From the human T2T-CHM13v2.0 reference genome, Homo sapiens: a stretch of DNA of 64,000 nt. Shown here one piece after another: positions 26,901 to 41,600 of this stretch. The position numbers and the translations under genes are program-made. The stretch lies in the NCBI RefSeq assembly GCF_009914755.1, contig NC_060928.1. The stretch is one strand, 5' to 3'. Each line of letters opens with the position of its first letter. The first letter of the stretch is position 1. The notes under the pieces are model-generated. The model searched no databases, was not told where the DNA came from, and was given only the letters and a program-made list of their open reading frames with translations.

Positions 26901-28153
26901 TTGGATAGCTTAGAGGGATTCGTTGGAAAGGGGATATCTTCATATAAAATCTAGACAGAAGCATTCTCAGAAACTTATTTGTGATGTGTGTCCTCAACTA
27001 ACAGAGTTGAACCTTGGTTTTGATACAGCATTTTGGAAACACTCCTTTTGTAGAATCTGCAGGTGGATATGTGGATAGCTCTGAAGATTTCGTTGGAAAC
27101 GGGAATTTCTTCATATAAAATCAAACAGAAGCATTCTCAGAAACTTCTCAGTGATGTTTGCATTCAGCTCATGGAGTTGAACACTTCCTTTCATAGAGCC
27201 GGTTTGAAACACTCTTTCTGCACTACCTGGAAGAGGACATTTCGAGCGCTTTGAGTCCTATGGTGAAAAAGGAAATATCTTCTCATAAAAACCAGAAAGA
27301 AGCATTCTCAGAAACTTCTTTGTGTTGTGTGTACTCATGTAACTGTGTTGAACCATCCTTTTGACAGAGCAGTTTTGAAACACTCTTTTTGTAGAATCTG
27401 CAAGTGGATATTTGGATAGCTTTGAGGATTTCGTTGGAAACGGGATGACATATAATCTCTAGAGAGAAGCATACTCAGGAACTTCTTTGTGATGTTTGCA
27501 TTCAAGTCACAGAATTGAACATTCCCTTTCATAGAGCAGGTTTGAAACACTCTTTCTCTAGTATCTGGAAGTGGGCATTTCAAGCGCTTTCAGGCCTATT
27601 GAGAGAAAGGAAATACCTTCAAATAAAAACTAGACAGAAGCATTCTCAGAAACTTATTTGTGATGTGTGTCCTCAACTAACAGAGTTGAACCTTTGTTTT
27701 GATACAGCATTTTGGAAACACTCCTTTTGTAGATTCTGCAGGTGGATATTTGGATAACTTTGAAGATTTCGTTGGAAACCGGAATATCTTCATATAAAAT
27801 CAAGACAGAAGCATTCTCGGAAACATCTCTGTGATGTTTGCATTCAACTCAGTAGAGTTGAACACTTCCTTTCATAGAGCAGGTTTGAAACACTCTTTCT
27901 GCACTACCTGGAAGCGGACATTTCGAGCGCTTTGAGGCCTATGGTGAAAAAGGAAATATCTTCTCATAAAAACCAGAAAGAAGCATTCTCAGAAACTTCT
28001 TTGTGTTGTGTGTACTCAAGTAACAGTGTTGAACCTTCCTTTTGACACAGCAGTTTTGAAACACTCTTTTGGTAGAATCTGCAAGTGGATATTTGGATAG
28101 CTTTGAGGATTTCGTTGGAAACGGGTTATCTTCATATAAAATCCAGACAGGAG
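23905..28153 (+). repeat. U8: 25-mer HOR variant (4249 bp)
   Basis: Marker spacing 23836 to 28085 = 4249 = 3232 + 1017; monomer j occurs twice (25437, 26454). Confidence 0.94.
25437..26453 (+). repeat. Extra 6-mer (j-k-[l/m hybrid]-n-o-p), copy 1, 1017 bp
   Basis: j-specific ORF at 25463 and again at 26480; l/m hybrid monomer at 25775; p is followed by j instead of q. Confidence 0.93.
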
Positions 28154-31100
28154 CATTCTCAGAAACTTCTTTGTGCTGCATGTCCTCAATTCACAGAGCT
28201 GAACCTTTGTTTGGATACAGCATTTTGGAAACATTCCTTTAGTAGAATCTGCAAGTTGATATTTAGATAGCTTTGAAGATTTCGTTGGAAACGGGAATGT
28301 CTTCATAGAAAATCTAGACGGAAGCATTCTCAGAAACTGCTTTGTGATGTTTGCATTCAAGTCACAGAGTTGAATATTCCCTTTTATAGAGTAGGTTTGA
28401 AACACTCTTTTGGCACTACCTGGAAGTGGATATTTCGAGCTCTTTGAGGCCTATGGTTAAAAGGAAATATCTTCCCATAAAAACTAGACAGAAGCCGTCT
28501 CAGAAACTTGTTTGTGATGTGTGTATTCAACTAACAGAGTTGAACATTTCTGTTACAGAGCAATTTTAAAACACTCTTTTTGTGGAATCTGAAAGTGGAT
28601 AATTGGATAGCTTTGTGGATTTCGTTGGAAACGGGATGACGTATAAAATCTAGAGAGAAGCATTCTCAGGAACTTCTTTCTGATGTTTGCATTCAAGTCA
28701 CAGAATTGAACATTCCTTTTCATAGTGCAGGTTTGAAACACTCTTTCTGTAGTATCTGGAAGTGGACATTTCAAGCGCTTTCAGGCCTACGGGGAGAAAG
28801 GAAATATCTTCAAATAAAAACTAGACAGAAGGATTCTCAGAAACTTATTTGTGATGTGTGTCCTAAACGAACACAGTTGAACCTTTGTTTTGATACAGCA
28901 TTTTGGAAACACTCCTTTTGTAGGATCTGCAGGTGGATATTTGGATAGATTTTAAGATTTCGTTGGAAACGGGAGTTTCTTCATAGAAACTCAAGACAGA
29001 TGCATTCTCAGAAACATCTCTGTGATGTTTGCATTCCACTCATAGAGTTGAAAACTTCCTTTCATAGAGCAGGTTTGAAACACTCTTTTTGTAATATTTG
29101 GAAGTGGACATTTGCAGCACTTTGAGGCCTATGGTGAAAAAGGAAATATCTTCTCATAAAAACCAGAAACAAGCATTCTCAGAAACTTCTTTTTGATGTG
29201 TGTACTCAAGTAACAGAGTTGAACCTTCCTTTTGACACAGCAGTTTTGAAACAATCTTTTTGTAGAATCTGCAAGTGGATATTTGGATAGCTTTGAGGAT
29301 TTCGTTGGAAACGGGATATCCTCATATAAAATCTAGACAGAAGCATTCTCAGAAACTTCTTTGTGCTGTATGCCCTCAATTAACAGAGTTGAACCATTGC
29401 TTGGATACAGCATTTTGGAAACATTCCTTGAGTAGAATCTGCAAGTTGATATTTAGATAGATTTGAAGATTTCATTGGAAAAGGGAATATCTCCATATAA
29501 AATCTAGAGGGAAGCATTCTCAGAAACTGCTTTGTGATGTTTCCATTCAAGTCACAGAGTTGAATATTCCCTTTTATAGAGCACGTTTGAAACACTCTTT
29601 CTGCACTATCTGGAAGTGGACATTTCGAGCGCTTTGAGGCCTATGGTGAAAAAGGAAATATCTTCCCATAAAAACTAGACAGAAGCATTCTCAGAAACTT
29701 GTTTGTGATGTGTGTATTCAACTAACAGAGTTGAACTTTTGTTTTTACAGAGCCGTTTTAAAACACTCTTTTTGTGGAATCAGAAAGTGGATATTCGGAT
29801 GGCTCTGAGGATTTCGTTGGAAGCGGGATTACATATAAAATCTAGAGAGAAGCATTCTCAGGAACTTCTTTGTGATGTTTGCATTGAAGTCACAGAATTG
29901 AACATTCACTTTGATAGAGCAGGTTTGAAACACTCATTCTGTAGTATCTGGAAGTGGACATTTCAAGCGCTTTCAGGCCTATGGTGAGAAAGGAAATATC
30001 TTCGAATAAAAACTAGACAGAAGCATCCTCAGAAACTTATTTGTGATGTGTGTCCTCAACTAACAGAGTTGAAACTTTGTTTTGATACAGCATTTTGGAA
30101 ACACTCTTTTTGTAGAATCTGCAGGTGGATATTTGGATAGCTTAGAGGGATTCGTTGGAAAGGGGATATCTTCATATAAAATCTAGACAGAAGCATTCTC
30201 AGAAACTTATTTGTGATGTGTGTCCTCAACTAACAGAGTTGAACCTTGGTTTTGATACAGCATTTTGGAAACCCTCCTTTTGTAGAATCTACAGGTGGAT
30301 ATGTGGATAGCTCTGAAGATTTCGTTGGAAACGGGAATTTCTTCATATAAAATCAAACAGAAGCATTCTCAGAAACTTCTCAGTGATGTTTGCATTCAGC
30401 TCATGGAGTTGAACACTTCCTTTCATAGAACCGGTTTGAAACACTCTTTCTGCACTACCTGGAAGAGGACATTTCGAGCGCTTTGAGTCCTATGGTGAAA
30501 AAGGAAATATCTTCTCATAAAAACCAGAAAGAAGCATTCTCAGAAACTTCTTTGTGTTGTGTGTACTCATGTAACAGTGTTGAACCATCCTTTTGACAGA
30601 GCAGTTTTGAAACACTCTTTTTGTAGAATCTGCAAGTGGATATTTGGATAGCTTTGAGGATTTCGTTGGAAACGGGATGACATATAATATCTAGAGAGAA
30701 GCATTCTCAGGAACTTCTTTGTGATGTTTGCATTCAAGTCACAGAATTGAACATTCCCTTTCATAGAGCAGGTTTGAAACACTCTTTCTCTAGTATCTGG
30801 AAGTGGGCATTTCAAGCGCTTTCAGGCCTATGGAGAGAAAGGAAATACCTTCAAATAAAAACTAGACAGAAGCATTCTCAGAAACTTATTTGTGATGTGT
30901 GTCCTCAACTAACAGAGTTGAACCTTTGTTTTGATACAGCATTTTGGAAACACTCCTTTTGTAGAATCTGCAGGTGGATATTTGGATAACTTTGAAGATT
31001 TCGTTGGAAACCGGAATATCTTCATATAAAATCAAGACAGAAGCATTCTCGGAAACATCTCTGTGATGTTTGCATTCAACTCAGTAGAGTTGAACACTTC

Positions 31101-31385
31101 CTTTCATAGAGCAGGTTTGAAACACTCTTTCTGCACTACCTGGAAGCGGACATTTCGAGCACTTTGAGGCCTATGGTGAAAAAGGAAATATCTTCTCATA
31201 AAAACCAGAAAGAAGCATTCTCAGAAACTTCTTTGTGTTGTGTGTACTCAAGTAACAGTGTTGAACCTTCCTTTTGACACAGCAGTTTTGAAACACTCTT
31301 TTGGTAGAATCTGCAAGTGGATATTTGGATAGCTTTGAGGATTTCGTTGGAAACGGGTTATCTTCATATAAAATCCAGACAGGAG
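28154..31385 (+). repeat. U9: canonical 19-mer HOR
   Basis: Marker spacing 28085 to 31317 = 3232. Confidence 0.95.
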
Positions 31386-34300
31386 CATTCTCAGAAACTT
31401 CTTTGTGCTGCATGTCCTCAATTCACAGAGCTGAACCTTTGTTTGGATACAGCATTTTGGAAACATTCCTTTAGTAGAATCTGCAAGTTGATATTTAGAT
31501 AGCTTTGAAGATTTCGTTGGAAACGGGAATATCTTCATAGAAAATCTAGACGGAAGCATTCTCAGAAACTGCTTTGTGATGTTTGCATTCAAGTCACAGA
31601 GTTGAATATTCCCTTTTATAGACTAGGTTTGAAACACTCTTTCGGCACTACCTGGAAGTGGATATTTCGAGCTCTTTGAGGCCTATGGTTAAAAGGAAAT
31701 ATCTTCCCATAAAAACTAGACAGAAGCCGTCTCAGAAACTTGTTTGTGATGTGTGTATTCAACTAACAGAGTTGAACATTTCTGTTACAGAGCAATTTTA
31801 AAACACTCTTTTTGTGGAATCTGAAAGTGGATAATTGGATAGCTTTGTGGATTTCGTTGGAAACGGGATGACGTATAAAATCTAGAGAGAAGCATTCTCA
31901 GGAACTTCTTTGTGATGTTTGCATTCAAGTCACAGAATTGAACATTCCTTTTCATAGTGCAGGTTTGAAACACTCTTTCTGTAGTATCTGGAAGTGGACA
32001 TTTCAAGCGCTTTCAGGCCTACGGGGAGAAAGGAAATATCTTCAAATAAAAACTAGACAGAAGGATTCTCAGAAACTTATTTGTGATGTGTGTCCTAAAC
32101 GAACACAGTTGAACCTTTGTTTAGATACAGCATTTTGGAAACACTCCTTTTGTAGGATCTGCAGGTGGATATTTGGATAGATTTTAAGATTTCGTTGGAA
32201 ACGGGAGTTTCTTCATAGAAACTCAAGACAGATGCATTCTCAGAAACATCTCTGTGATGTTTGCATTCCACTCATAGAGTTGAAAACTTCCTTTCATAGA
32301 GCAGGTTTGAAACACTCTTTTTGTAATATTTGGAAGTGGACATTTGCAGCGCTTTGAGGCCTATGGTGAAAAAGGAAATATCTTCTCATAAAAACCAGAA
32401 ACAAGCATTCTCAGAAACTTCTTTTTGATGTGTGTACTCAAGTAACAGAGTTGAACCTTCCTTTTGACACAGCAGTTTTGAAACAATCTTTTTGTAGAAT
32501 CTGCAAGTGGATATTTGGATAGCTTTGAGGATTTCGTTGGAAACGGGATATCTTCATATAAAATCTAGACAGAAGCATTCTCAGAAACTTCTTTGTGCTG
32601 TATGTCCTCAATTAACAGAGTTGAACCATTGCTTGGATACAGCATTTTGGAAACATTCCTTTAGTAGAATCTGCAAGTTGATATTTAGATAGATTTGAAG
32701 ATTTCGTTGGAAAAGGGAATATCTCCATATAAAATCTAGAGGGAAGCATTCTCAGAAACTGCTTTGTGATGTTTCCATTCAAGTCACAGAGTTGAATATT
32801 CCCTTTTATAGAGCACGTTTGAAACACTCTTTCTGCACTATCTGGAAGTGGACATTTCGAGCGCTTTGAGGCCTATGGTGAAAAAGGAAATATCTTCCCA
32901 TAAAAATTAGACAGAAGCATTCTCAGAAACTTGTTTGTGATGTGTGTATTCAACTAACAGAGTTGAACTTTTGTTTTTACAGAGCCGTTTTAAAACACTC
33001 TTTTTGTGGAATCAGAAAGTGGATATTCGGATGGCTCTGAGGATTTCGTTGGAAGCGGGATTACATATAAAATCTAGAGAGAAGCATTCTCAGGAACTTC
33101 TTTGTGATGTTTGCATTGAAGTCACAGAATTGAACATTCACTTTGATAGAGCAGGTTTGAAACACTCATTCTGTAGTATCTGGAAGTGGACATTTCAAGC
33201 GCTTTCAGGCCTATGGTGAGAAAGGAAATATCTTCGAATAAAAACTAGACAGAAGCATCCTCAGAAACTTATTTGTGATGTGTGTCCTCAACCAACAGAG
33301 TTGAAACTTTGTTTTGATACAGCATTTTGGAAACACTCCTTTTGTAGAATCTGCAGGTGGATATGTGGATAGCTCTGAAGATTTCGTTGGAAACGGGAAT
33401 TTCTTCATATAAAATCAAACAGAAGCATTCTCAGAAACTTCTCAGTGATGTTCGCATTCAGCTCATGGAGTTGAACACTTCCTTTCATAGAGCCGGTTTG
33501 AAACACTCTTTCTGCACTACCTGGAAGAGGCCATTTCGAGCGCTTTGAGTCCTATGGTGAAAAAGGAAATATCTTCTCATAAAAACCAGAAAGAAGCATT
33601 CTCAGAAACTTCTTTGTGTTGTGTGTACTCATGTAACAGTGTTGAACCATCCTTTTGACAGAGCAGTTTTGAAACACTCTTTTTGTAGAATCTGCAAGTG
33701 GATATTTGGATAGCTTTGAGGATTTCGTTGGAAACGGGATGACATATAATATCTAGAGAGAAGCATTCTCAGGAACTTCTTTGTGCTGTTTGCATTCAAG
33801 TCACAGAATTGAACATTCCCTTTCATAGAGCAGATTTGAAACACTCTTTCTCTAGTATCTGGAAGTGGGCATTTCAAGCGCTTTCAGGCCTATTGAGAGA
33901 AAGGAAATACCTTCAAATAAAAACTAGACAGAAGCATTCTCAGAAACTTGTTTGTGATGTGTGTATTCAACTAACAGAGTTGAACTTTTGTTTTTACAGA
34001 GCCGTTTTAAAACACTCTTTTTGTGGAATCCGAAAGTGGATATTCGGATGGCTGTGAGGATTTCGTTGGAAGCGGGATTACATATAAAATCTAGAGAGAA
34101 GCATTCTCAGGAACTTCTTTGTGATGTTTGCATTGAAGTCACAGAATTGAACATTCACTTTGATAGAGCAGGCTTGAAACACTCATTCTGTAGTATCTGG
34201 AAGTGGACATTTCAAGCGCTTTCAGGCCTATGGTGAGAAAGGAAATATCTTCGAATAAAAACTAGACAGAAGCATCCTCAGAAACTTATTTGTGATGTGT

Positions 34301-35634
34301 GTCCTCAACTAACAGAGTTGAAACTTTGTTTTGATACAGCATTTTGGAAACACTCTTTTTGTAGAATCTGCAGGTGGATATTTGGATAGCTTAGAGGGAT
34401 TCGTTGGAAAGGGGATATCTTCATATAAAATCTAGACAGAAGCATTCTCAGAAACTTATTTGTGATGTGTGTCCTCAACTAACAGAGTTGAACCTTGGTT
34501 TTGATACAGCATTTTGGAAACACTCCTTTTGTAGAATCTGCAGGTGGATATGTGGATAGCTCTGAAGATTTCGTTGGAAACGGGAATTTCTTCATATAAA
34601 ATCAAACAGAAGCATTCTCAGAAACTTCTCAGTGATGTTTGCATTCAGCTCATGGAGTTGAACACTTCCTTTCATAGAGCCGGTTTGAAACACTCTTTCT
34701 GCACTACCTGGAAGAGGACATTTCGAGCGCTTTGAGTCCTATGGTGAAAAAGGAAATATCTTCTCATAAAAACCAGAAAGAAGCATTCTCAGAAACTTCT
34801 TTGTGTTGTGTGTACTCATGTAACAGTGTTGAACCATCCTTTTGACAGAGCAGTTTTGAAACACTCTTTTTGTAGAATCTGCAAGTGGATATTTGGATAG
34901 CTTTGAGGATTTCGTTGGAAACGGGATGACATATAATATCTAGAGAGAAGCATACTCAGGAACTTCTTTGTGATGTTTGCATTCAAGTCACAGAATTGAA
35001 CATTCCCTTTCATAGAGCAGGTTTGAAACACTCTTTCTCTAGTATCTGGAAGTGGGCATTTCAAGCGCTTTCAGGCCTATGGAGAGAAAGGAAATACCTT
35101 CAAATAAAAACTAGACAGAAGCATTCTCAGAAACTTATTTGTGATGTGTGTTCTCAACTAACAGAGTTGAACCTTTGTTTTGATACAGCATTTTGGAAAC
35201 ACTCCTTTTGTAGAATCTGCAGGTGGATATTTGGATAACTTTGAAGATTTCGTTGGAAACCGGAATATCTTCATATAAAATCAAGACAGAAGCATTCTCG
35301 GAAACATCTCTGTGATGTTTGCATTCAACTCAGTAGAGTTGAACACTTCCTTTCATAGAGCAGGTTTGAAACACTCTTTCTGCACTACCTGGAAGCGGAC
35401 ATTTCGAGCGCTTTGAGGCCTATGGTGAAAAAGGAAATATCTTCTCATAAAAACCAGAAAGAAGCATTCTCAGAAACTTCTTTGTGTTGTGTGTACTCAA
35501 GTAACAGTGTTGAACCTTCCTTTTGACACAGCAGTTTTGAAACACTCTTTTGGTAGAATCTGCAAGTGGATATTTGGATAGCTTTGAGGATTTCGTTGGA
35601 AACGGGTTATCTTCATATAAAATCCAGACAGGAG
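31386..35634 (+). repeat. U10: 25-mer HOR variant (extra 6-mer copy 2 at 32918-33934)
   Basis: Spacing 31317 to 35566 = 4249; j ORF at 32944 and 33961. Confidence 0.94.
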
Positions 35635-38600
35635 CATTCTCAGAAACTTCTTTGTGCTGCATGTCCTCAATTCACAGAGCTGAACCTTTGTTTGGATACA
35701 GCATTTTGGAAACATTCCTTTAGTAGAATCTGCAAGTTGATATTTAGATAGCTTTGAAGATTTCGTTGGAAACGGGAATATCTTCATAGAAAATCTAGAC
35801 GGAAGCATTCTCAGAAACTGCTTTGTGATGTTTGCATTCAAGTCACAGAGTTGAATATTCCCTTTTATAGAGTAGGTTTGAAACACTCTTTCGGCACTAC
35901 CTGGAAGTGGATATTTCGAGCTCTTTGAGGCCTATGGTTAAAAGGAAATATCTTCCCATAAAAACTAGACAGAAGCCGTCTCAGAAACTTGTTTGTGATG
36001 TGTGTATTCAACTACCAGAGTTGAACATTTCTGTTACAGAGCAATTTTAAAACACTCTTTTTGTGGAATCTGAAAGTGGATAATTGGATAGCTTTGTGGA
36101 TTTCGTTGGAAACGGGATGACGTATAAAATCTAGAGAGAAGCATTCTCAGGAACTTCTTTCTGATGTTTGCATTCAAGTCACAGAATTGAACATTCCTTT
36201 TCATAGTGCAGGTTTGAAACACTCTTTCTGTAGTATCTGGAAGTGGACATTTCAAGCGCTTTCAGGCCTACGGGGAGAAAGGAAATATCTTCAAATAAAA
36301 ACTAGACAGAAGGATTCTCAGAAACTTATTTGTGATGTGTGTCCTAAACGAACACAGTTGAACCTTTGTTTTGATACAGCATTTTGGAAACACTCCTTTT
36401 GTAGGATCTGCAGGTGGATATTTGGATAGATTTTAAGATTTCGTTGGAAACGGGAGTTTCTTCATAGAAACTCAAGACAGATGCATTCTCAGAAACATCT
36501 CTGTGATGTTTGCATTCCACTCATAGAGTTGAAAACTTCCTTTCATAGAGCAGGTTTGAAACACTCTTTTTGTAATATTTGGAAGTGGACATTTGCAGCG
36601 CTTTGAGGCCTATGGTGAAAAAGGAAATATCTTCTCATAAAAACCAGAAACAAGCATTCTCAGAAACTTCTTTTTGATGTGTGTACTCAAGTAACAGAGT
36701 TGAACCTTCCTTTTGACACAGCAGTTTTGAAACAATCTTTTTGTAGAATCTGCAAGTGGATATTTGGATAGCTTTGAGGATTTCGTTGGAAACGGGCTAT
36801 CTTCATATAAAATCTAGACAGAAGCATTCTCAGAAACTTCTTTGTGCTGTATGTCCTCAATTAACAGAGTTGAACCATTGCTTGGATACAGCATTTTGGA
36901 AACATTCCTTGAGTAGAATCTGCAAGTTGATATTTAGATAGATTTGAAGATTTCGTTGGAAAAGGGAATATCTCCATATAAAATCTAGAGGGAAGCATTC
37001 TCAGAAACTGCTTTGTGATGTTTCCATTCAAGTCACAGAGTTGAATATTCCCTTTTATAGAGCACGTTTGAAACACTCTTTCTGCACTATCTGGAAGTGG
37101 ACATTTCGAGCGCTTTGAGGCCTATGGTGAAAAAGGAAATATCTTCCCATAAAAACTAGACAGAAGCATTCTCAGAAACTTGTTTGTGATGTGTGTATTC
37201 AACTAACAGAGTTGAACTTTTGTTTTTACAGAGCCGTTTTAAAACACTCTTTTTGTGGAATCAGAAAGTGGATATTCGGATGGCTCTGAGGATTTCGTTG
37301 GAAGCGGGATTACATATAAAATCTAGAGAGAAGCATTCTCAGGAACTTCTTTGTGATGTTTGCATTGAAGTCACAGAATTGAACATTCACTTTGATAGAG
37401 CAGGTTTGAAACACTCATTCTGTAGTATCTGGAAGTGGACATTTCAAGCGCTTTCAGGCCTATGGTGAGAAAGGAAATATCTTCGAATAAAAACTAGACA
37501 GAAGCATCCTCAGAAACTTATTTGTGATGTGTGTCCTCCACTAACAGAGTTGAAACTTTGTTTTGATACAGCATTTTGGAAACACTCTTTTTGTAGAATC
37601 TGCAGGTGGATATTTGGATAGCTTAGAGGGATTCGTTGGAAAGGGGATATCTTCATATAAAATCTAGACAGAAGCATTCTCAGAAACTTATTTGTGATGT
37701 GTGTCCTCAACTAACAGAGTTGAACCTTGGTTTTGATACAGCATTTTGGAAACACTCCTTTTGTAGAATCTGCAGGTGGATATGTGGATAGCTCTGAAGA
37801 TTTCGTTGGAAACGGGAATTTCTTCATATAAAATCAAACAGAAGCATTCTCAGAACCTTCTCAGTGATGTTTGCATTCAGCTCATGGAGTTGAACACTTC
37901 CTTTCATAGAGCCGGTTTGAAACACTCTTTCTGCACTACCTGGAAGAGGACATTTCGAGCGCTTTGAGTCCTATGGTGAAAAGGGAAATATCTTCTCATA
38001 AAAACCAGAAAGAAGCATTCTCAGAAACTTCTTTGTGTTGTGTGTACTCATGTAACAGTGTTGAACCATCCTTTTGACAGAGCAGTTTTGAAACACTCTT
38101 TTTGTAGAATCTGCAAGTGGATATTTGGATAGCTTTGAGGATTTCGTTGGAAACGGGATGACATATAATCTCTAGAGAGAAGCATTCTCAGGAACTTCTT
38201 TGTGATGTTTGCATTCAAGTCACAGAATTGAACATTCCCTTTCATAGAGCAGGTTTGAAACACTCTTTCTCTAGTATCTGGAAGTGGGCATTTCAAGCGC
38301 TTTCAGGCCTATGGAGAGAAAGGAAATACCTTCAAATAAAAACTAGACAGAAGCATTCTCAGAAACTTATTTGTGATGTGTGTCCTCAACTAACAGAGTT
38401 GAACCTTTGTTTTGATACAGCATTTTGGAAACACTCCTTTTGTAGAATCTGCAGGTGGATATTTGGATAACTTTGAAGATTTCGTTGGAAACCGGAATAT
38501 CTTCATATAAAATCAAGACAGAAGCATTCTCGGAAACATCTCTGTGATGTTTGCATTCAACTCAGTAGAGTTGAACACTTCCTTTCATAGAGCAGGTTTG

Positions 38601-41600
38601 AAACACTCTTTCTGCACTACCTGGAAGCGGACATTTCGAGCGCTTTGAGGCCTATGGTGAAAAAGGAAATATCTTCTCATAAAAACCAGAAAGAAGCATT
38701 CTCAGAAACTTCTTTGTGTTGTGTGTACTCAAGTAACAGTGTTGAACCTTCCTTTTGACACAGCAGTTTTGAAACACTCTTTTGGTAGAATCTGCAAGTG
38801 GATATTTGGATAGCTTTGAGGATTTCGTTGGAAACGGGTTATCTTCATATAAAATCCAGACAGGAGCATTCTCAGAAACTTCTTTGTGCTGCATGTCCTC
38901 AATTCACAGAGCTGAACCTTTGTTTGGATACAGCATTTTGGAAACATTCCTTTAGTAGAATCTGCAAGTTGATATTTAGATAGCTTTGAAGATTTCGTTG
39001 GAAACGGGAATATCTTCATAGAAAATCTAGACGGAAGCATTCTCAGAAACTGCTTTGTGATGTTTGCATTCAAGTCACAGAGTTGAATATTCCCTTTTAT
39101 AGAGTAGGTTTGAAACACTCTTTCGGCACTACCTGGAAGTGGATATTTCGAGCTCTTTGAGGCCTATGGTTAAAAGGAAATATCTTCCCATAAAAACTAG
39201 ACAGAAGCCGTCTCAGAAACTTGTTTGTGATGTGTGTATTCAACTACCAGAGTTGAACATTTCTGTTACAGAGCAATTTTAAAACACTCTTTTTGTGGAA
39301 TCTGAAAGTGGATAATTGGATAGCTTTGTGGATTTCGTTGGAAACGGGATGACGTATAAAATCTAGAGAGAAGCATTCTCAGGAACTTCTTTCTGATGTT
39401 TGCATTCAAGTCACAGAATTGAACATTCCTTTTCATAGTGCAGGTTTGAAACACTCTTTCTGTAGTATCTGGAAGTGGACATTTCAAGCGCTTTCAGGCC
39501 TACGGGGAGAAAGGAAATATCTTCAAATAAAAACTAGACAGAAGGATTCTCAGAAACTTATTTGTGATGTGTGTCCTAAACGAACACAGTTGAACCTTTG
39601 TTTTGATACAGCATTTTGGAAACACTCCTTTTGTAGGATCTGCAGGTGGATATTTGGATAGATTTTAAGATTTCGTTGGAAACGGGAGTTTCTTCATAGA
39701 AACTCAAGACAGATGCATTCTCAGAAACATCTCTGTGATGTTTGCATTCCACTCATAGAGTTGAAAACTTCCTTTCATAGAGCAGGTTTGAAACACTCTT
39801 TTTGTAATATTTGGAAGTGGACATTTGCAGCGCTTTGAGGCCTATGGTGAAAAAGGAAACATCTTCTCATAAAAACCAGAAACAAGCATTCTCAGAAACT
39901 TCTTTTTGATGTGTGTACTCAAGTAACAGAGTTGAACCTTCCTTTTGACACAGCAGTTTTGAAACAATCTTTTTGTAGAATCTGCAAGTGGATATTTGGA
40001 TAGCTTTGAGGATTTCGTTGGAAACGGGCTATCTTCATATAAAATCTAGACAGAAGCATTCTCAGAAACTTCTTTGTGCTGTATGTCCTCAATTAACAGA
40101 GTTGAACCATTGCTTGGATACAGCATTTTGGAAACATTCCTTGAGTAGAATCTGCAAGTTGATATTTAGATAGATTTGAAGATTTCGTTGGAAAAGGGAA
40201 TATCTCCATATAAAATCTAGAGGGAAGCATTCTCAGAAACTGCTTTGTGATGTTTCCATTCAAGTCACAGAGTTGAATATTCCCTTTTATAGAGCACGTT
40301 TGAAACACTCTTTCTGCACTATCTGGAAGTGGACATTTCGAGCGCTTTGAGGCCTATGGTGAAAAAGGAAATATCTTCCCATAAAAACTAGACAGAAGCA
40401 TTCTCAGAAACTTGTTTGTGATGTGTGTATTCAACTAACAGAGTTGAACTTTTGTTTTTACAGAGCCGTTTTAAAACACTCTTTTTGTGGAATCAGAAAG
40501 TGGATATTCGGATGGCTCTGAGGATTTCGTTGGAAGCGGGATTACATATAAAATCTAGAGAGAAGCATTCTCAGGAACTTCTTTGTGATGTTTGCATTGA
40601 AGTCACAGAATTGAACATTCACTTTGATAGAGCAGGTTTGAAACACTCATTCTGTAGTATCTGGAAGTGGACATTTCAAGCGCTTTCAGGCCTATGGTGA
40701 GAAAGGAAATATCTTCGAATAAAAACTAGACAGAAGCATCCTCAGAAACTTATTTGTGATGTGTGTCCTCAACTAACAGAGTTGAAACTTTGTTTTGATA
40801 CAGCATTTTGGAAACACTCTTTTTGTAGAATCTGCAGGTGGATATTTGGATAGCTTAGAGGGATTCGTTGGAAAGGGGATATCTTCATATAAAATCTAGA
40901 CAGAAGCATTCTCAGAAACTTATTTGTGATGTGTGTCCTCAACTAACAGAGTTGAACCTTGGTTTTGATACAGCATTTTGGAAACACTCCTTTTGTAGAA
41001 TCTGCAGGTGGATATGTGGATAGCTCTGAAGATTTCGTTGGAAACGGGAATTTCTTCATATAAAATCAAACAGAAGCATTCTCAGAAACTTCTCAGTGAT
41101 GTTTGCATTCAGCTCATGGAGTTGAACACTTCCTTTCATAGAGCCGGTTTGAAACACTCTTTCTGCACTACCTGGAAGAGGACATTTCGAGCGCTTTGAG
41201 TCCTATGGTGAAAAGGGAAATATCTTCTCATAAAAACCAGAAAGAAGCATTCTCAGAAACTTCTTTGTGTTGTGTGTACTCATGTAACAGTGTTGAACCA
41301 TCCTTTTGACAGAGCAGTTTTGAAACACTCTTTTTGTAGAATCTGCAAGTGGATATTTGGATAGCTTTGAGGATTTCGTTGGAAACGGGATGACATATAA
41401 TCTCTAGAGAGAAGCATTCTCAGGAACTTCTTTGTGATGTTTGCATTCAAGTCACAGAATTGAACATTCCCTTTCATAGAGCAGGTTTGAAACACTCTTT
41501 CTCTAGTATCTGGAAGTGGGCATTTCAAGCGCTTTCAGGCCTATGGAGAGAAAGGAAATACCTTCAAATAAAAACTAGACAGAAGCATTCTCAGAAACTT